From Mycobacteriales bacterium (GTDB lineage Bacteria; Actinomycetota; Actinomycetes; Mycobacteriales; QHCA01), in the NCBI GenBank assembly GCA_038276285.1, contig JBBPZR010000002.1:23454-87453 (forward strand): 64,000 bases of DNA, in the 5' to 3' direction. A program made the translations under genes and the position numbers. The notes beneath the pieces are model-generated. The model was not told the DNA's origin. It made no database searches and worked only from the letters and a program-made list of their open reading frames with translations. Below, one piece after another: positions 41,059 through 49,536 of the stretch. Position 1 is the stretch's first letter; each line of letters begins with the position of its first letter.

Positions 41059-41193
41059 CACCGCCGAATTTCGACCGCCTGGCCGAGGCGACTCGAGAGC
41101 CTGGGACCCAACAAGCCCCGGGGGTGAATCGGTGCCTCCGGGCCCCGTAGAGAGTTCTTCCCACCCGAATCCTTAGCTAACTCGGTAGGCGGC
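41059..41193 (+). promoter_or_regulatory. c-di-AMP riboswitch (ydaO/yuaA class), copy A
   Basis: It contains CCGCCGAAUU...GAGCCUGGGACCCA...CGGGGGUGAAUC...CACCCGAAUCCUUAGCUAACUCGGUAGGCGG. P1 is CCGCC/GGCGG. The blocks match conserved ydaO blocks (CGCUUAAUC, GGGGACCCA, GGGGUGAAUC, CCCGAAUCC..AGCUAACCUCGUAAGCG). It ends 5 nt before the RBS GGAAGAGGAG. Confidence 0.85.
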
Positions 41194-41211
41194 CACCGGA
41201 AGAGGAGTCTG

Positions 41212-42321
41212 TTGAGCATGGCAAGGCGCTCAACCCACGCCGCGGCTCCTGTTCGGCGCACTCGACGGCGCGATCTGGTTCACCTCACGGCGATTGCCGC
41301 CGTCCTTATCCTGCTTGTTAGCGCCGAAGATCAGCGGTCCGCCGCGAATATCAAGCACGTGCCACGACACGTCGCGCGAGACGTCTTGGCCCAGGATCAA
41401 CTTGGCGACGTCCCGTCGCGCGGCACGATCAATCGCCCCGTGTCAGTGCTCGCGGGGAAAGCTCGGGCGCCCGCCATCCGCTCGTCACGCTCGAAGCTGG
41501 CGGTCTCCAACCGGGGCGCGAGCGGTTTCCTCTATCTCGGCGCGGCGGGCGACTCCGTGGGGCTATCTCGCAGTGTCGGGGTGTCCCTGTCAGACCACGC
41601 GTACGCGCACTTCAACGGCGGCGTCCCAGCGGGTCGGATGATCACCGTGGAGGCCGGCGGAACATGGCGCAGCGTGGCCACCGCCGGGCCGGGGTCCGCC
41701 ACGTACAACGACATCGTCCGGTGGGCCAACACGATCAGGACCCGCCCAGGGCCGGTTCTGTTTGCCTACCACCACGAGCCAGAGGCCAGTTTCGACACCG
41801 GCCTCGGCGCGTCCACCGACTTTATCAACGCCTGGCGCCGGGTGGTCACCATCTTCCGGGCACAGGGGGTGCACAACGTCATCTACACCTGGCAGATGAC
41901 GGCGTGGTCGTTCCGCACCTCACCGAGCGACCGGCAGTACGCAGCGAAGTGGTACCCCGGCGACGACTACGTCGACGACGTCGGTGCAGACGCCTACAAC
42001 TGGGCCTCCTGTGGGCAGGGTCGCGGCGTGTGGCAGTCATTTAGCGCTCTGGCCGATCCGGTCGTCGCGTTCGCCCGGGCGCACCACAAGCAGGCCGCCT
42101 TTCCGGAGTTCGCCAGCCAGGCCGGATCGAGCCGAGCCCAATGGGTCCGGGATGCTTTGGGCTATCTCGAGACTCACCGCGGTAGCGTCCGGTCAGCCTT
42201 CTACTTCCAGCGCCCACCCACGACGGCCGGCGGAGCTGACTGCCACTGGCCGCTGGTCACCGCCGGTGAGTTCTCCGCCTTCGGCGCGCTCGCCCGCAAC
42301 CGGACGTATTTCTCGCCGTAG
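41212..42321 (+). CDS. secreted or membrane-anchored clan GH-A glycoside hydrolase (GH26/GH5-like), paralogue 1
   Basis: An N-terminal TM anchor (LTAIAAVLILLVSA), acid/base block LFAYHHEPE, then YTWQMTAW, GADAYNW, and the nucleophile block AAFPEFAS. TTG start at 41212, or ATG at 41218. Confidence 0.7.
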   Translation: MSMARRSTHAAAPVRRTRRRDLVHLTAIAAVLILLVSAEDQRSAANIKHVPRHVARDVLAQDQLGDVPSRGTINRPVSVLAGKARAPAIRSSRSKLAVSNRGASGFLYLGAAGDSVGLSRSVGVSLSDHAYAHFNGGVPAGRMITVEAGGTWRSVATAGPGSATYNDIVRWANTIRTRPGPVLFAYHHEPEASFDTGLGASTDFINAWRRVVTIFRAQGVHNVIYTWQMTAWSFRTSPSDRQYAAKWYPGDDYVDDVGADAYNWASCGQGRGVWQSFSALADPVVAFARAHHKQAAFPEFASQAGSSRAQWVRDALGYLETHRGSVRSAFYFQRPPTTAGGADCHWPLVTAGEFSAFGALARNRTYFSP

Positions 42322-42362
42322 GACATGCCACCCTTGGCATCCACGAGACGCCCGGTTGCCGC

Positions 42363-42390
42363 TTGTGACCGGCGAAAACGGTGCTAACCT
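42363..42390 (+). promoter_or_regulatory. candidate promoter for riboswitch B and GH gene B
   Basis: TTGTGA, a 16-nt spacer, then TAACCT (TANNNT). The -10 again ends exactly 6 nt before GACCGCGCGGCCAC. Confidence 0.3.
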
Positions 42391-42438
42391 GCCGAGGACC
42401 GCGCGGCCACGTTCGCCCTCCCGGGCGCCCGAGCGGTC

Positions 42439-42572
42439 ACCGCCGAATCTAGGGTGCACATCGGCAAACGTGCACCCGAGCCGGGGACCCACAGTTCCTG
42501 GGGTGAGTCGGTGCTTCGGCACCGTAGGGCATCTCTTCCCGCCCGAACCCGTCAGCTAACTCGGTAGGCGGT
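42439..42572 (+). promoter_or_regulatory. c-di-AMP riboswitch (ydaO/yuaA class), copy B
   Basis: CCGCCGAAUCU...GAGCCGGGGACCCA...UGGGGUGAGUC...CCGCCCGAACCCGUCAGCUAACUCGGUAGGCGG. The architecture matches copy A, with compensatory differences in the variable hairpins. The RBS GGAAGAGGAG lies 6 nt downstream. Confidence 0.85.
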
Positions 42573-42596
42573 TTTAGGAAGAGGAGTCACGTCCTG

Positions 42597-43604
42597 ATGC
42601 CCTATCCGTCGTCCCGGCAGGGACTCCATCGCGCGTTGCCCGCCCCCGGCGCCCACCGGGCCGCTTGGGGCGCGTCGGCTGCGCGCGCAAGTATGCTCGA
42701 TTTCCACCGTCCACGCCGCCGCAGGTTGGCCAAGCCGTCGATCCTGGGCAGCCTGCTGGCCCTGGTCGTCGGCTTTATCCTCGTGGCGCCAAACGCCAAT
42801 GCCACCACGCTCACCTACATCGGCGCGGCCGGTGACGAGACGGGCCTGTCCCAGAAGATCAACGCGCCGCTGGCGCGGCACTCCTATGCGCACTTCAGCA
42901 GCGGCGTGCCCGCCGGCCAGATGATCACGGTGGAGGCCAGCGGTTCGTGGGCGAGCGTCGCGTCCGCCGGACCGGGCACCGCGGTGTACAACGACATCGT
43001 GCGCTGGGCGGACACGATCAAGACCCGCCCAGGTCAGGTGCTGCTTGCCTACCACCACGAGCCGGAGGCCAGCTACGACACGAAGCTCGGCACGTCCGCC
43101 GACTTCATCCGTGCCTTCCGCCACGTGGTGACCATCTTCCGCAATCGCGGGGTGAAGAACGTCGTCTACACCTGGCAGATGACCGCGTGGTCGTTCAGGA
43201 CGTCACCCTCCGATTCGCGCTACGCCCCCAAGTGGTACCCGGGGGACGCTTACGTCAACACCGTCGGGGCCGATGCCTATAACTGGTACACCTGTGGGCA
43301 CGGCAAGGGTCGCTGGCAGGAGCTCAGCTACCTCGGTGATCCGGTGTTGGCCTTCGCCCGGGCGCACGCCAAGAAAGCATCGTTCCCGGAGTTCGCCAGC
43401 ACGGCGGCCTCGGCGCGGGCCCAGTGGCTGATCAACGCTCACAAATACCTCGTCGCGAGCCGCGGCACCGTGCAGGCCGCGTTCTACTTCCAGCGGGGAC
43501 CCACGGTGTCGGCGAACAGCGACTGCAAGTGGCCACTCACCACATCGGCCGAGTTCAAGGCCTACGGAGACATCGCACGGGACACCAGCTATTTCCGGAC
43601 CTGA
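42597..43604 (+). CDS. secreted clan GH-A glycoside hydrolase (GH26/GH5-like), paralogue 2
   Basis: A signal-like N-terminus (SILGSLLALVVGFILVAPNANA), then LLAYHHEPE, YTWQMTAW, GADAYNW and ASFPEFAS. It is highly similar to paralogue 1. Confidence 0.7.
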   Translation: MPYPSSRQGLHRALPAPGAHRAAWGASAARASMLDFHRPRRRRLAKPSILGSLLALVVGFILVAPNANATTLTYIGAAGDETGLSQKINAPLARHSYAHFSSGVPAGQMITVEASGSWASVASAGPGTAVYNDIVRWADTIKTRPGQVLLAYHHEPEASYDTKLGTSADFIRAFRHVVTIFRNRGVKNVVYTWQMTAWSFRTSPSDSRYAPKWYPGDAYVNTVGADAYNWYTCGHGKGRWQELSYLGDPVLAFARAHAKKASFPEFASTAASARAQWLINAHKYLVASRGTVQAAFYFQRGPTVSANSDCKWPLTTSAEFKAYGDIARDTSYFRT

Positions 43605-43654
43605 GCCCGCCTAAGTATTGGTTTAAATATGGCGTGGGTCTCAGAGGCTTTACC

Positions 43655-43870
43655 GTTGTGTCATGGCTGACAGCGCGCACGTTCCGTGGCCTCCGAGTTG
43701 GGTCGCGGTGGGATCAACGCGGTCGCGGAGGCGACGGGCACGCATCCGGACACCGTCGCGCGGGGTGTCCGGGAGGTAGCAGATCCGGCAGGGCGGCGAC
43801 CGCGGGTGCGGACCCCGGGTGGCGGTCGCAAGAAGCTGACCGAGACCGACCCGCAGTTGTCAAGCGGTGT
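43655..43870 (+). pseudogene. ISAzo13-like transposase N-terminal fragment (frameshifted, truncated)
   Basis: ASELGRGGINAVAEATGTHPDTVARGVREV...RVRTPGGGRKKLTETDPQL resembles the HTH N-terminus of ISAzo13-type transposases. It is preceded by an unusually AT-rich junction (TAAGTATTGGTTTAAATATGG, 43611-43631) and cut off by the next relic. Confidence 0.5.
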
Positions 43871-43904
43871 TGTTGATCTCTGTGGGTTCCTCCACCGCCG
43901 CCTC

Positions 43905-44430
43905 CCTGCCGGAGGGCAGGGTTGAGGAGGTAATAGACCTCCCGAGCGAGATAGCGCTTCAGGCAGCGGATGGGCTCGAGTTTGGAGTGGCCTTCGGCGG
44001 TCTTCTTCGCGACCCAGGCCTGGGTGCGTTCGTCGACGCGCATGCAGGTGATGACGGACCAGATGCAGCGTGGAGTTGGCTTGCCGGTCTCCGCCACGGT
44101 TGAGCCGGTGGCGTTGGGTCGTGCCTGAGATTGCCGGGAGTGGGGCGACACCACAGAGCATCGCGAACGCGGCCTCGGTGCGCATCCGTTGCCGGTTGTC
44201 GCCGGCGGTGACCAGTAACTGTCCGGCCACCTCAGCGCCCATGCCCCCAGGCGAGCAGTTGCGGGGCGAGCGCGATGACGATCGGCTCGATCAGCCCGTC
44301 GAGGGTGGCGATCTCATCGCCGAGTTCGAGGATGCGCCGGGCTAGGGACTTCAACGCGATCCGGTTGGCACTGACCGGCGCACCGGCCGGGCTGCTCGTA
44401 AACGTCACGAACCGGTCGATGCCACCCGAC
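43905..44430 (-). pseudogene. IS110-family transposase C-terminal fragment (frameshifted)
   Basis: Two frames read: ...ARRILELGDEIATLDGLIEPIVIALAPQLLA..GAEVAGQLLVTAGDNRQRMRTEAAFAMLCGVAPLPAISGTTQRHRLNRGGDRQANSTLH, then (shifted) VITCMRVDERTQAWVAKKTAEGHSKLEPIRCLKRYLAREVYYLLNP. The N-terminal DEDD domain is missing. Confidence 0.65.
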
Positions 44431-44504
44431 CCGCGACGCGTCTTGGCGGCGGTTGTTATGGCGGAGGGCTTCAGTCGGACGCCCTTGGGCCCGATCCCTC
44501 ATCA

Positions 44505-45989
44505 ATGAGAAGACACCCCTCCCTCGTCCTTGCGTCGTGGCAACCGACCCCACGAATGCTGCTCGACCGGATGCACAGCATCTCCCGCCGCGGCCCCGCC
44601 GCGGCCGCCGTGATCGCGTGCGGTGCAGCGTTCGCGCTGACCGTCGGCGGTGGGTCGCCGGCCGCGCTCGCCGCAACGGCCGGCACGCTCGACCTCTCCG
44701 CCGCGGGTGACACCTACGTGTCCTCGGCCTATCCGAACACCAACTACGGCACGAGCGGTGTGCTCACCGCGGGTAGTGCCGCCGCCAACCGGCAGATCGC
44801 GTACCTGAAATTCCCCGTGTCCGGGATCCCTGTCGGCGCAACGGGGGTCACCGTACAGCTGCAACTGAGCAGGACCACCCATCACCTGCCCTCGTCGCTG
44901 AGCCTCTCGGCGGTCGCGAGCACGACATGGTCGGAGACCGCGCTCACCTACAACACACGGCCGGCGCTGGGTGCGACGCTGGGCACGGTGTCCCCGACCT
45001 CGACGACGAATACGGTCACCTTCCCGACCAACGTCACCGGCAACGGTGCGTACGCCTTCGCCGTGACGGCGCCGACGACCACCACCACCGCGCGGTTCAA
45101 CTCCAGCACCGGCAGCACCCCGACACCGACACTCAAGGTCAGCTACACCAAGCCGCCGCCGGCGATCTGGATCGGCGCCGCGCACAACACCCCCGACACC
45201 TCGATCACAGCCTTCGATTCAGCGAACGCCACAATCGGCCCGCTGAAGGTCCACCGTTCCTTCGACAGCACGTTGCCTGCGACATTCGCGAAGTCCAGCG
45301 GCAAGGACGACGCCGCGCACGGCTATGCGTCCTTCGTGTCGTGGAAACCACCGGGCGGTGACTTCGTGGGTGCAGCGAACGGCGCATACGACGCTGCCAT
45401 CACGGCTTGGGCCAAAAGCGTCCCCACGACCGGGGTGTTCGCGACCTCCTACCACGAGCCCGAGGACAACATGACCGGCCCGCAGTTCGTCGCCCTGCAG
45501 CGACACCTCTACACGGTGGTCAAGGCCGCCAACCCGACGATCCAATGGGGCCCGGTCCACATGAGCTACTGGTGGAAGAACCCCTCCGCCATCGGCAAGG
45601 TCAGCCCGTCGAGCCAGGACTCCTGGGACGTCGGGGACGCCTACCGCGACTTCACCGCCGTCGACAACTACAGCCGCACCCCACTTTCCTTGCAGACCGA
45701 TCCGCAGTTCCACAGCTGGTATGACTTCTTTCTCGCGAAGTCGACCAAGCCGCTATTCATCACCGAGTACGGGCAGTACGTCGTCCCGCCCGGCGGCACC
45801 GCCGACCCGAACATGCAAGCCGCGCGCGCAGCCGTGATCAAGACCGATGCCACATGGCTGGCCACCCAGCCGCGAATCCAAATGTGGCTCTACTGGGACG
45901 GCACCGGCTCCGCCGGCGACTGGACCCTCACCGACACGGCCTCGCAGACCGCTTGGAAGGCTGCCGCGCTCGTGGGACGGACCAGCTAG
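44505..45989 (+). CDS. secreted two-domain protein: N-terminal DNRLRE-type beta-sandwich domain plus clan GH-A glycoside hydrolase, paralogue 3
   Basis: A signal-like N-terminus, then AAGDTYVSSAYPNTNYG...ANRQIAYLKF...WSETALTYNTRP (DNRLRE/CBM-like pattern). The catalytic part has SYHEPED, MSYWW, and the nucleophile block FITEYGQ. Confidence 0.7.
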   Translation: MRRHPSLVLASWQPTPRMLLDRMHSISRRGPAAAAVIACGAAFALTVGGGSPAALAATAGTLDLSAAGDTYVSSAYPNTNYGTSGVLTAGSAAANRQIAYLKFPVSGIPVGATGVTVQLQLSRTTHHLPSSLSLSAVASTTWSETALTYNTRPALGATLGTVSPTSTTNTVTFPTNVTGNGAYAFAVTAPTTTTTARFNSSTGSTPTPTLKVSYTKPPPAIWIGAAHNTPDTSITAFDSANATIGPLKVHRSFDSTLPATFAKSSGKDDAAHGYASFVSWKPPGGDFVGAANGAYDAAITAWAKSVPTTGVFATSYHEPEDNMTGPQFVALQRHLYTVVKAANPTIQWGPVHMSYWWKNPSAIGKVSPSSQDSWDVGDAYRDFTAVDNYSRTPLSLQTDPQFHSWYDFFLAKSTKPLFITEYGQYVVPPGGTADPNMQAARAAVIKTDATWLATQPRIQMWLYWDGTGSAGDWTLTDTASQTAWKAAALVGRTS

Positions 45990-46018
45990 CGGCTTTGTAC
46001 GCGGCACCTTGTCGACGA

Positions 46019-46050
46019 GACCGGTGCTCGGGCTACTCCGAGCGCCGGTC
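46019..46050 (+). terminator. strong hairpin downstream of paralogue 3 (candidate intrinsic terminator, no clear U-tract)
   Basis: GACCGGTGCTCGG-GCTACT-CCGAGCGCCGGTC is a 13-bp stem (one G.U pair) with a 6-nt loop, 30 nt after the stop codon. Confidence 0.45.
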
Positions 46051-46074
46051 TGTCACCTGAGCGGGCAGCGAGAC

Positions 46075-46380
46075 GTGGCGTACACGCGAGAGTGCGAGAT
46101 CCCGCCCCGATGGGTCAAGGCGGTCCAGAAGCTGTCCCGGCTCAACTGCATGGCCCCCGGCAAGGACTACACATACGTGCTCGACTTCGCCAATGAAGTC
46201 GAGGCCTTCCGGGTCGCGCTCAAGCCGTTCTATGAGGTTCCTGACCGAACCGACCGACCCGAACGTGCCATTCAACCTGCGTACCCGGATCATGAGCCAC
46301 GCGGTCATCGACACCGAGGAGGTGCGGGAGGTGGTCGGCGCGCTGCCCAACATGCGGGAGAAGGCGCCCGCCGCCGTGCG
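46075..46380 (+). pseudogene. type I restriction enzyme R-subunit (HsdR) C-terminal fragment, frameshifted
   Basis: VKAVQKLSRLNCMAPGKDYTYVLDFANEVEAFRVALKPFYE, then (+1 frame) LTEPTDPNVPFNLRTRIMSHAVIDTEEVREVV. This matches the conserved HsdR region ...QTLSRLNR..PGK..TFVLDF.N....I..AF.PYYE....E.TDPN.L..L. No helicase part is present. Confidence 0.6.
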
Positions 46381-46895
46381 AATACCGACCCGGGCCGATC
46401 ATCGATCACGGGCCGCGGGTCAAGGCCCTCGACATGCCGGTACGGGTGGAACAGCGCCGGGCGAAGCTCGTACGACTCGACGCGCTCACGAAACACCGTG
46501 ATGAGCATCGATCAACTGGACGCCGCAATTGTTGACTCGCAGCCGCCCTTGGTGAGTCCGGCGACCGGATTCTTGCTGAGACTGGGTATCGCCCGCGGCA
46601 GAGGGCCAAGCTCACGGAACGCCGCCAGTATTCCAGGGCCCAGAGATGAGACTGCCGCACCTCGGTCTGAGGGCGCTTCGTAGCCGAGCTGACTGCTGGC
46701 GAGCGCAGGCGGTGAGGTCGAGCAGAGTTTCCTCCTGAGGCACCTGCGGTCTTCCGGGTACGGCAGTTCCTGCGGCAGCGCTCAGTGACATTGAGCAGGA
46801 GCAGGGTGGGAGGGCACTCGGATGGCCTGCTGCTGCTCAGCGGTCGGCTGCACTATTTCATTTTGTCGCGCATCCTCACTCAGCGTTTTCAGCGC

Positions 46896-47855
46896 TCAGG
46901 CGGCGTTGACAGCAGCTTTCCACGCGACCGTGGCATTTGAGGTGTTCGAGGTGGAGGGAATCGGCGGGTTGCTATAGCGCAACTCCCAGTCGGCCCGACC
47001 GCCTAGGGAGTCCCAGTACTCGCACATCACGGCACCCTTGGATTTGGCGTAGCTCACGACGGCGGTAATGGCATTGGCCTTGCGCATGGGGTCGTTGATG
47101 TCCGCGAGGTAGCCGAACTCCGAGATACCCCAGGCCGTGTTATGTGCGACGGCGAATTTGTACGACGGGCCGAGCAGCGTCGATGCGCTCAGCCAGGCGC
47201 CGCCATCGGTGTAGCCAATCGGGCAACAGGTGGTACCGGTATTGTGCGGCTGGGAGTAGGCGTCGACAGAGATCAGGTCAGCGGTGTTGGCGCCGGCGGC
47301 ATCGGTGGGCCAGTAGTTGGCCGGGTCGCGCGACTTGAAGCCAATGAAGGTGACCCTCATCAGGATCACGGAGACCCGGCGGGTGCCGCCGTCGGCGGCG
47401 TTCTGCGCGTGCACCAGACCAGCCAGATGGGTGATCGAGTCCCGGAACTGTTGCGCGGTGAACATGCCGGCGTCGATTTCCTGCTCCGGCTCGTGATAGT
47501 TGGTCAGAATGATGTTCTTCGGCGTCGAGGCGATGAAGGTCCGCAGGAGGCCGTCAACGGTGCCGGCGGCCACGTCAGCCGGCGGCAGATTGAACGAGTA
47601 GTCGTTGGCCGGCGAGCGTGGATGTGCTCTGTATGAGTCGGTGTCCTGCCAGGTCGCGAAATGCCACCCGGTGTCGTAGCCGCGATAGATCTGGACCGGG
47701 CCAACACTGGCGTCGTACCACGACCAATTCTTCGACCATCCGCCGAGCAGCGTCGGGCTGGTGGCACCCGCGGGTGGCGCGGCAAGCGTTAGGGCCGCGG
47801 TCAGCGCCGCAGCCAGTACCGCGCCGAGCGTGGTCGTGCTATGACGCCAGCGCAT
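46896..47855 (-). CDS. secreted clan GH-A glycoside hydrolase, divergent paralogue 4
   Basis: Trimmed to ATG 47855 (RBS AAGGGGGAG). It has the signal peptide MRWRHSTTTLGAVLAAALTAALTLAAPPAGA, acid/base TNYHEPE and nucleophile GISEFGY. Confidence 0.65.
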   Translation of the reverse strand: MRWRHSTTTLGAVLAAALTAALTLAAPPAGATSPTLLGGWSKNWSWYDASVGPVQIYRGYDTGWHFATWQDTDSYRAHPRSPANDYSFNLPPADVAAGTVDGLLRTFIASTPKNIILTNYHEPEQEIDAGMFTAQQFRDSITHLAGLVHAQNAADGGTRRVSVILMRVTFIGFKSRDPANYWPTDAAGANTADLISVDAYSQPHNTGTTCCPIGYTDGGAWLSASTLLGPSYKFAVAHNTAWGISEFGYLADINDPMRKANAITAVVSYAKSKGAVMCEYWDSLGGRADWELRYSNPPIPSTSNTSNATVAWKAAVNAA

Positions 47856-48476
47856 GTGCTGACTCCCCCTTGTTGTGGTTGCCTTGCCGCCAAACGTCCC
47901 GAGAATCGTGCTCATCCAAGCTATCGAGGCAGGGCAGCGGACGTTATGGGCTAACCTGTCGACGTTCATGGTTCTTTATGACTACCTCCTGTCGTCACTC
48001 ATACCCGACTTCCGCAGTTGGTAGGCAGATTCGGCCATGTTCAAGAGGCATCGTCGAAGGTCATCCCTGAAGGAGTGTGGGGCCGGTCATGGGGGTGGTC
48101 TTCGTTGTATTTGCGTTTCTCCACCGACTTGTCGGCGCGCCGGGCTAAGGCGTCGGGGTCAAGGTGCGGCCGGAGGCCGCCCGCGTAGCGGCCGAAGGGC
48201 CTTGACGCCAGCGCCGACCGGCGCAGCATTCAGGTGGAGGAACGGTGGTCCGGAGCGCCTCCGCGGTTGGGTGTTCCGATGTGGGCTGTTGGCTTCACGG
48301 CCGGGTCCCGGCCACTGACGGTCCTGGGTGGGGCGTCGAGTCATCCCTTCGCCGCGCGGTGGGCGGCATGAAGCGCTTCGACGTGCATGCGGTCGGCGGG
48401 GTCAATCAGAGGGGGCGACCTCGCCGTGGACGGGGGTCATGACCTGCACGGCCCGCGCCGACCGCGGTCGAGCGGC

Positions 48477-48995
48477 TCATCCGGTCGGGCTCAGGCAACG
48501 CAGCTGCCCGTCGCGCAGCGCGTAGAAGACCAGCGTCAGCTGTTCACGGGCCGCGGCGACGATCCCGATGTTGCGGCCGCGACGGGCCGTCACGCGCTCG
48601 CGGACGGCACCGATCCGGCTGGTTTGGGGCAGCATCTGCACCGACTCCACCGCCGCCCAGCGGACCAGCCGGGAACCCTGCTTGGTGATCCGTCCGCGGC
48701 GCACGTGGGTGTCGGACTCGTGATGCTTGGGGGTCAGCCCGGCCCAGGACGACAGCTGTGCCGGGCCGCCGAAGCGGTGCACGTCGCCGATCTCGGCGCA
48801 GAACACCGCGGCCAGCGTCGGCCCGATCCCGCCGATGGTCTGAACCGCCCGGTAGCCGGGGTCATTGGCCAGCCGGGCCGGCAGCATGCCCGCGAACAGG
48901 TCGATCTCGAAGTCGACGGCGGCGATCAGCCGGCGCGCCGAGTCCACCCGACTGCGGTAGGGCTCGGGCAGCGCGACCCGGTCGAGCAGCTCACT
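48477..48995 (-). pseudogene. IS110-family transposase C-terminal fragment (N-terminal catalytic domain missing)
   Basis: PGYRAVQTIGGIGPTLAAVFCAEIGDVHRFGGPAQLSSWAGLTPKHHESDTHVRRGRITKQGSRLVRWAAVE is the conserved IS110 C-domain. The upstream part of the ORF is non-homologous junk. Confidence 0.7.
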
Positions 48996-49480
48996 GCCTC
49001 CCGCGGGGCTTTGTCGCGGGAGGAGTCGTAGCGCTGCTGAAGGCGTTGGCATGGACTCCGACAAAGAGCCGCGGAGTCGGCGGCAGGAATCTTCTCGCCA
49101 CATCCACGGGGCGCTGGGTCGTGAGCGACAGAGAGTAGTTCGACCACAAGTACCTCTGGGGCATTGCCTTCTGGTCGCTGCCGACGTGGCGGCTTCCCGC
49201 GGCACAGGCTCGGTCCGCTGACAGCGGCCCTTCCAGGTTCGCCGCGACCGAACGTCGCCCAGCCGGAGGTCGAGTGGACCGTCTCTGCAGAGTATCGAAG
49301 AGCGCACGGTCCGCAGTCACATCCAAAGCAAGTGCGCGGAGGCTGCGGCCTCGGCCAGGCGGTGGTGTCGCCGGCTAGCTGAGATGTCGTTGAACATGCA
49401 GGCCGGTCGCCGTACAACAGCTGATCGTTCTACCGGCGTGGCGCACGCCGGACCAGCCGGAACGCGTCGGACCAAATGGC

Positions 49481-49514
49481 GGACCGGCGGACGGGATTCT
49501 CCGACCGCCGGTCC
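49481..49514 (-). terminator. strong hairpin downstream of paralogue 5 (candidate terminator)
   Basis: GGACCGGCGG...CCGCCGGTCC has 10-bp perfect arms, extendable to about 13 bp. It lies 23 nt after the stop at 49537. On the minus strand it is followed by GCCAUUUGG. Confidence 0.45.
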
Positions 49515-49536
49515 TGAGACCACTCGAGCACAGCGA

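Noticed and set aside
39779-41164. 461-aa minus-strand ORF covering the TauE gene and the riboswitch A region
   Set aside because: It is antisense to a clear multi-TM TauE/SafE protein and runs through a conserved RNA element, with no motifs.
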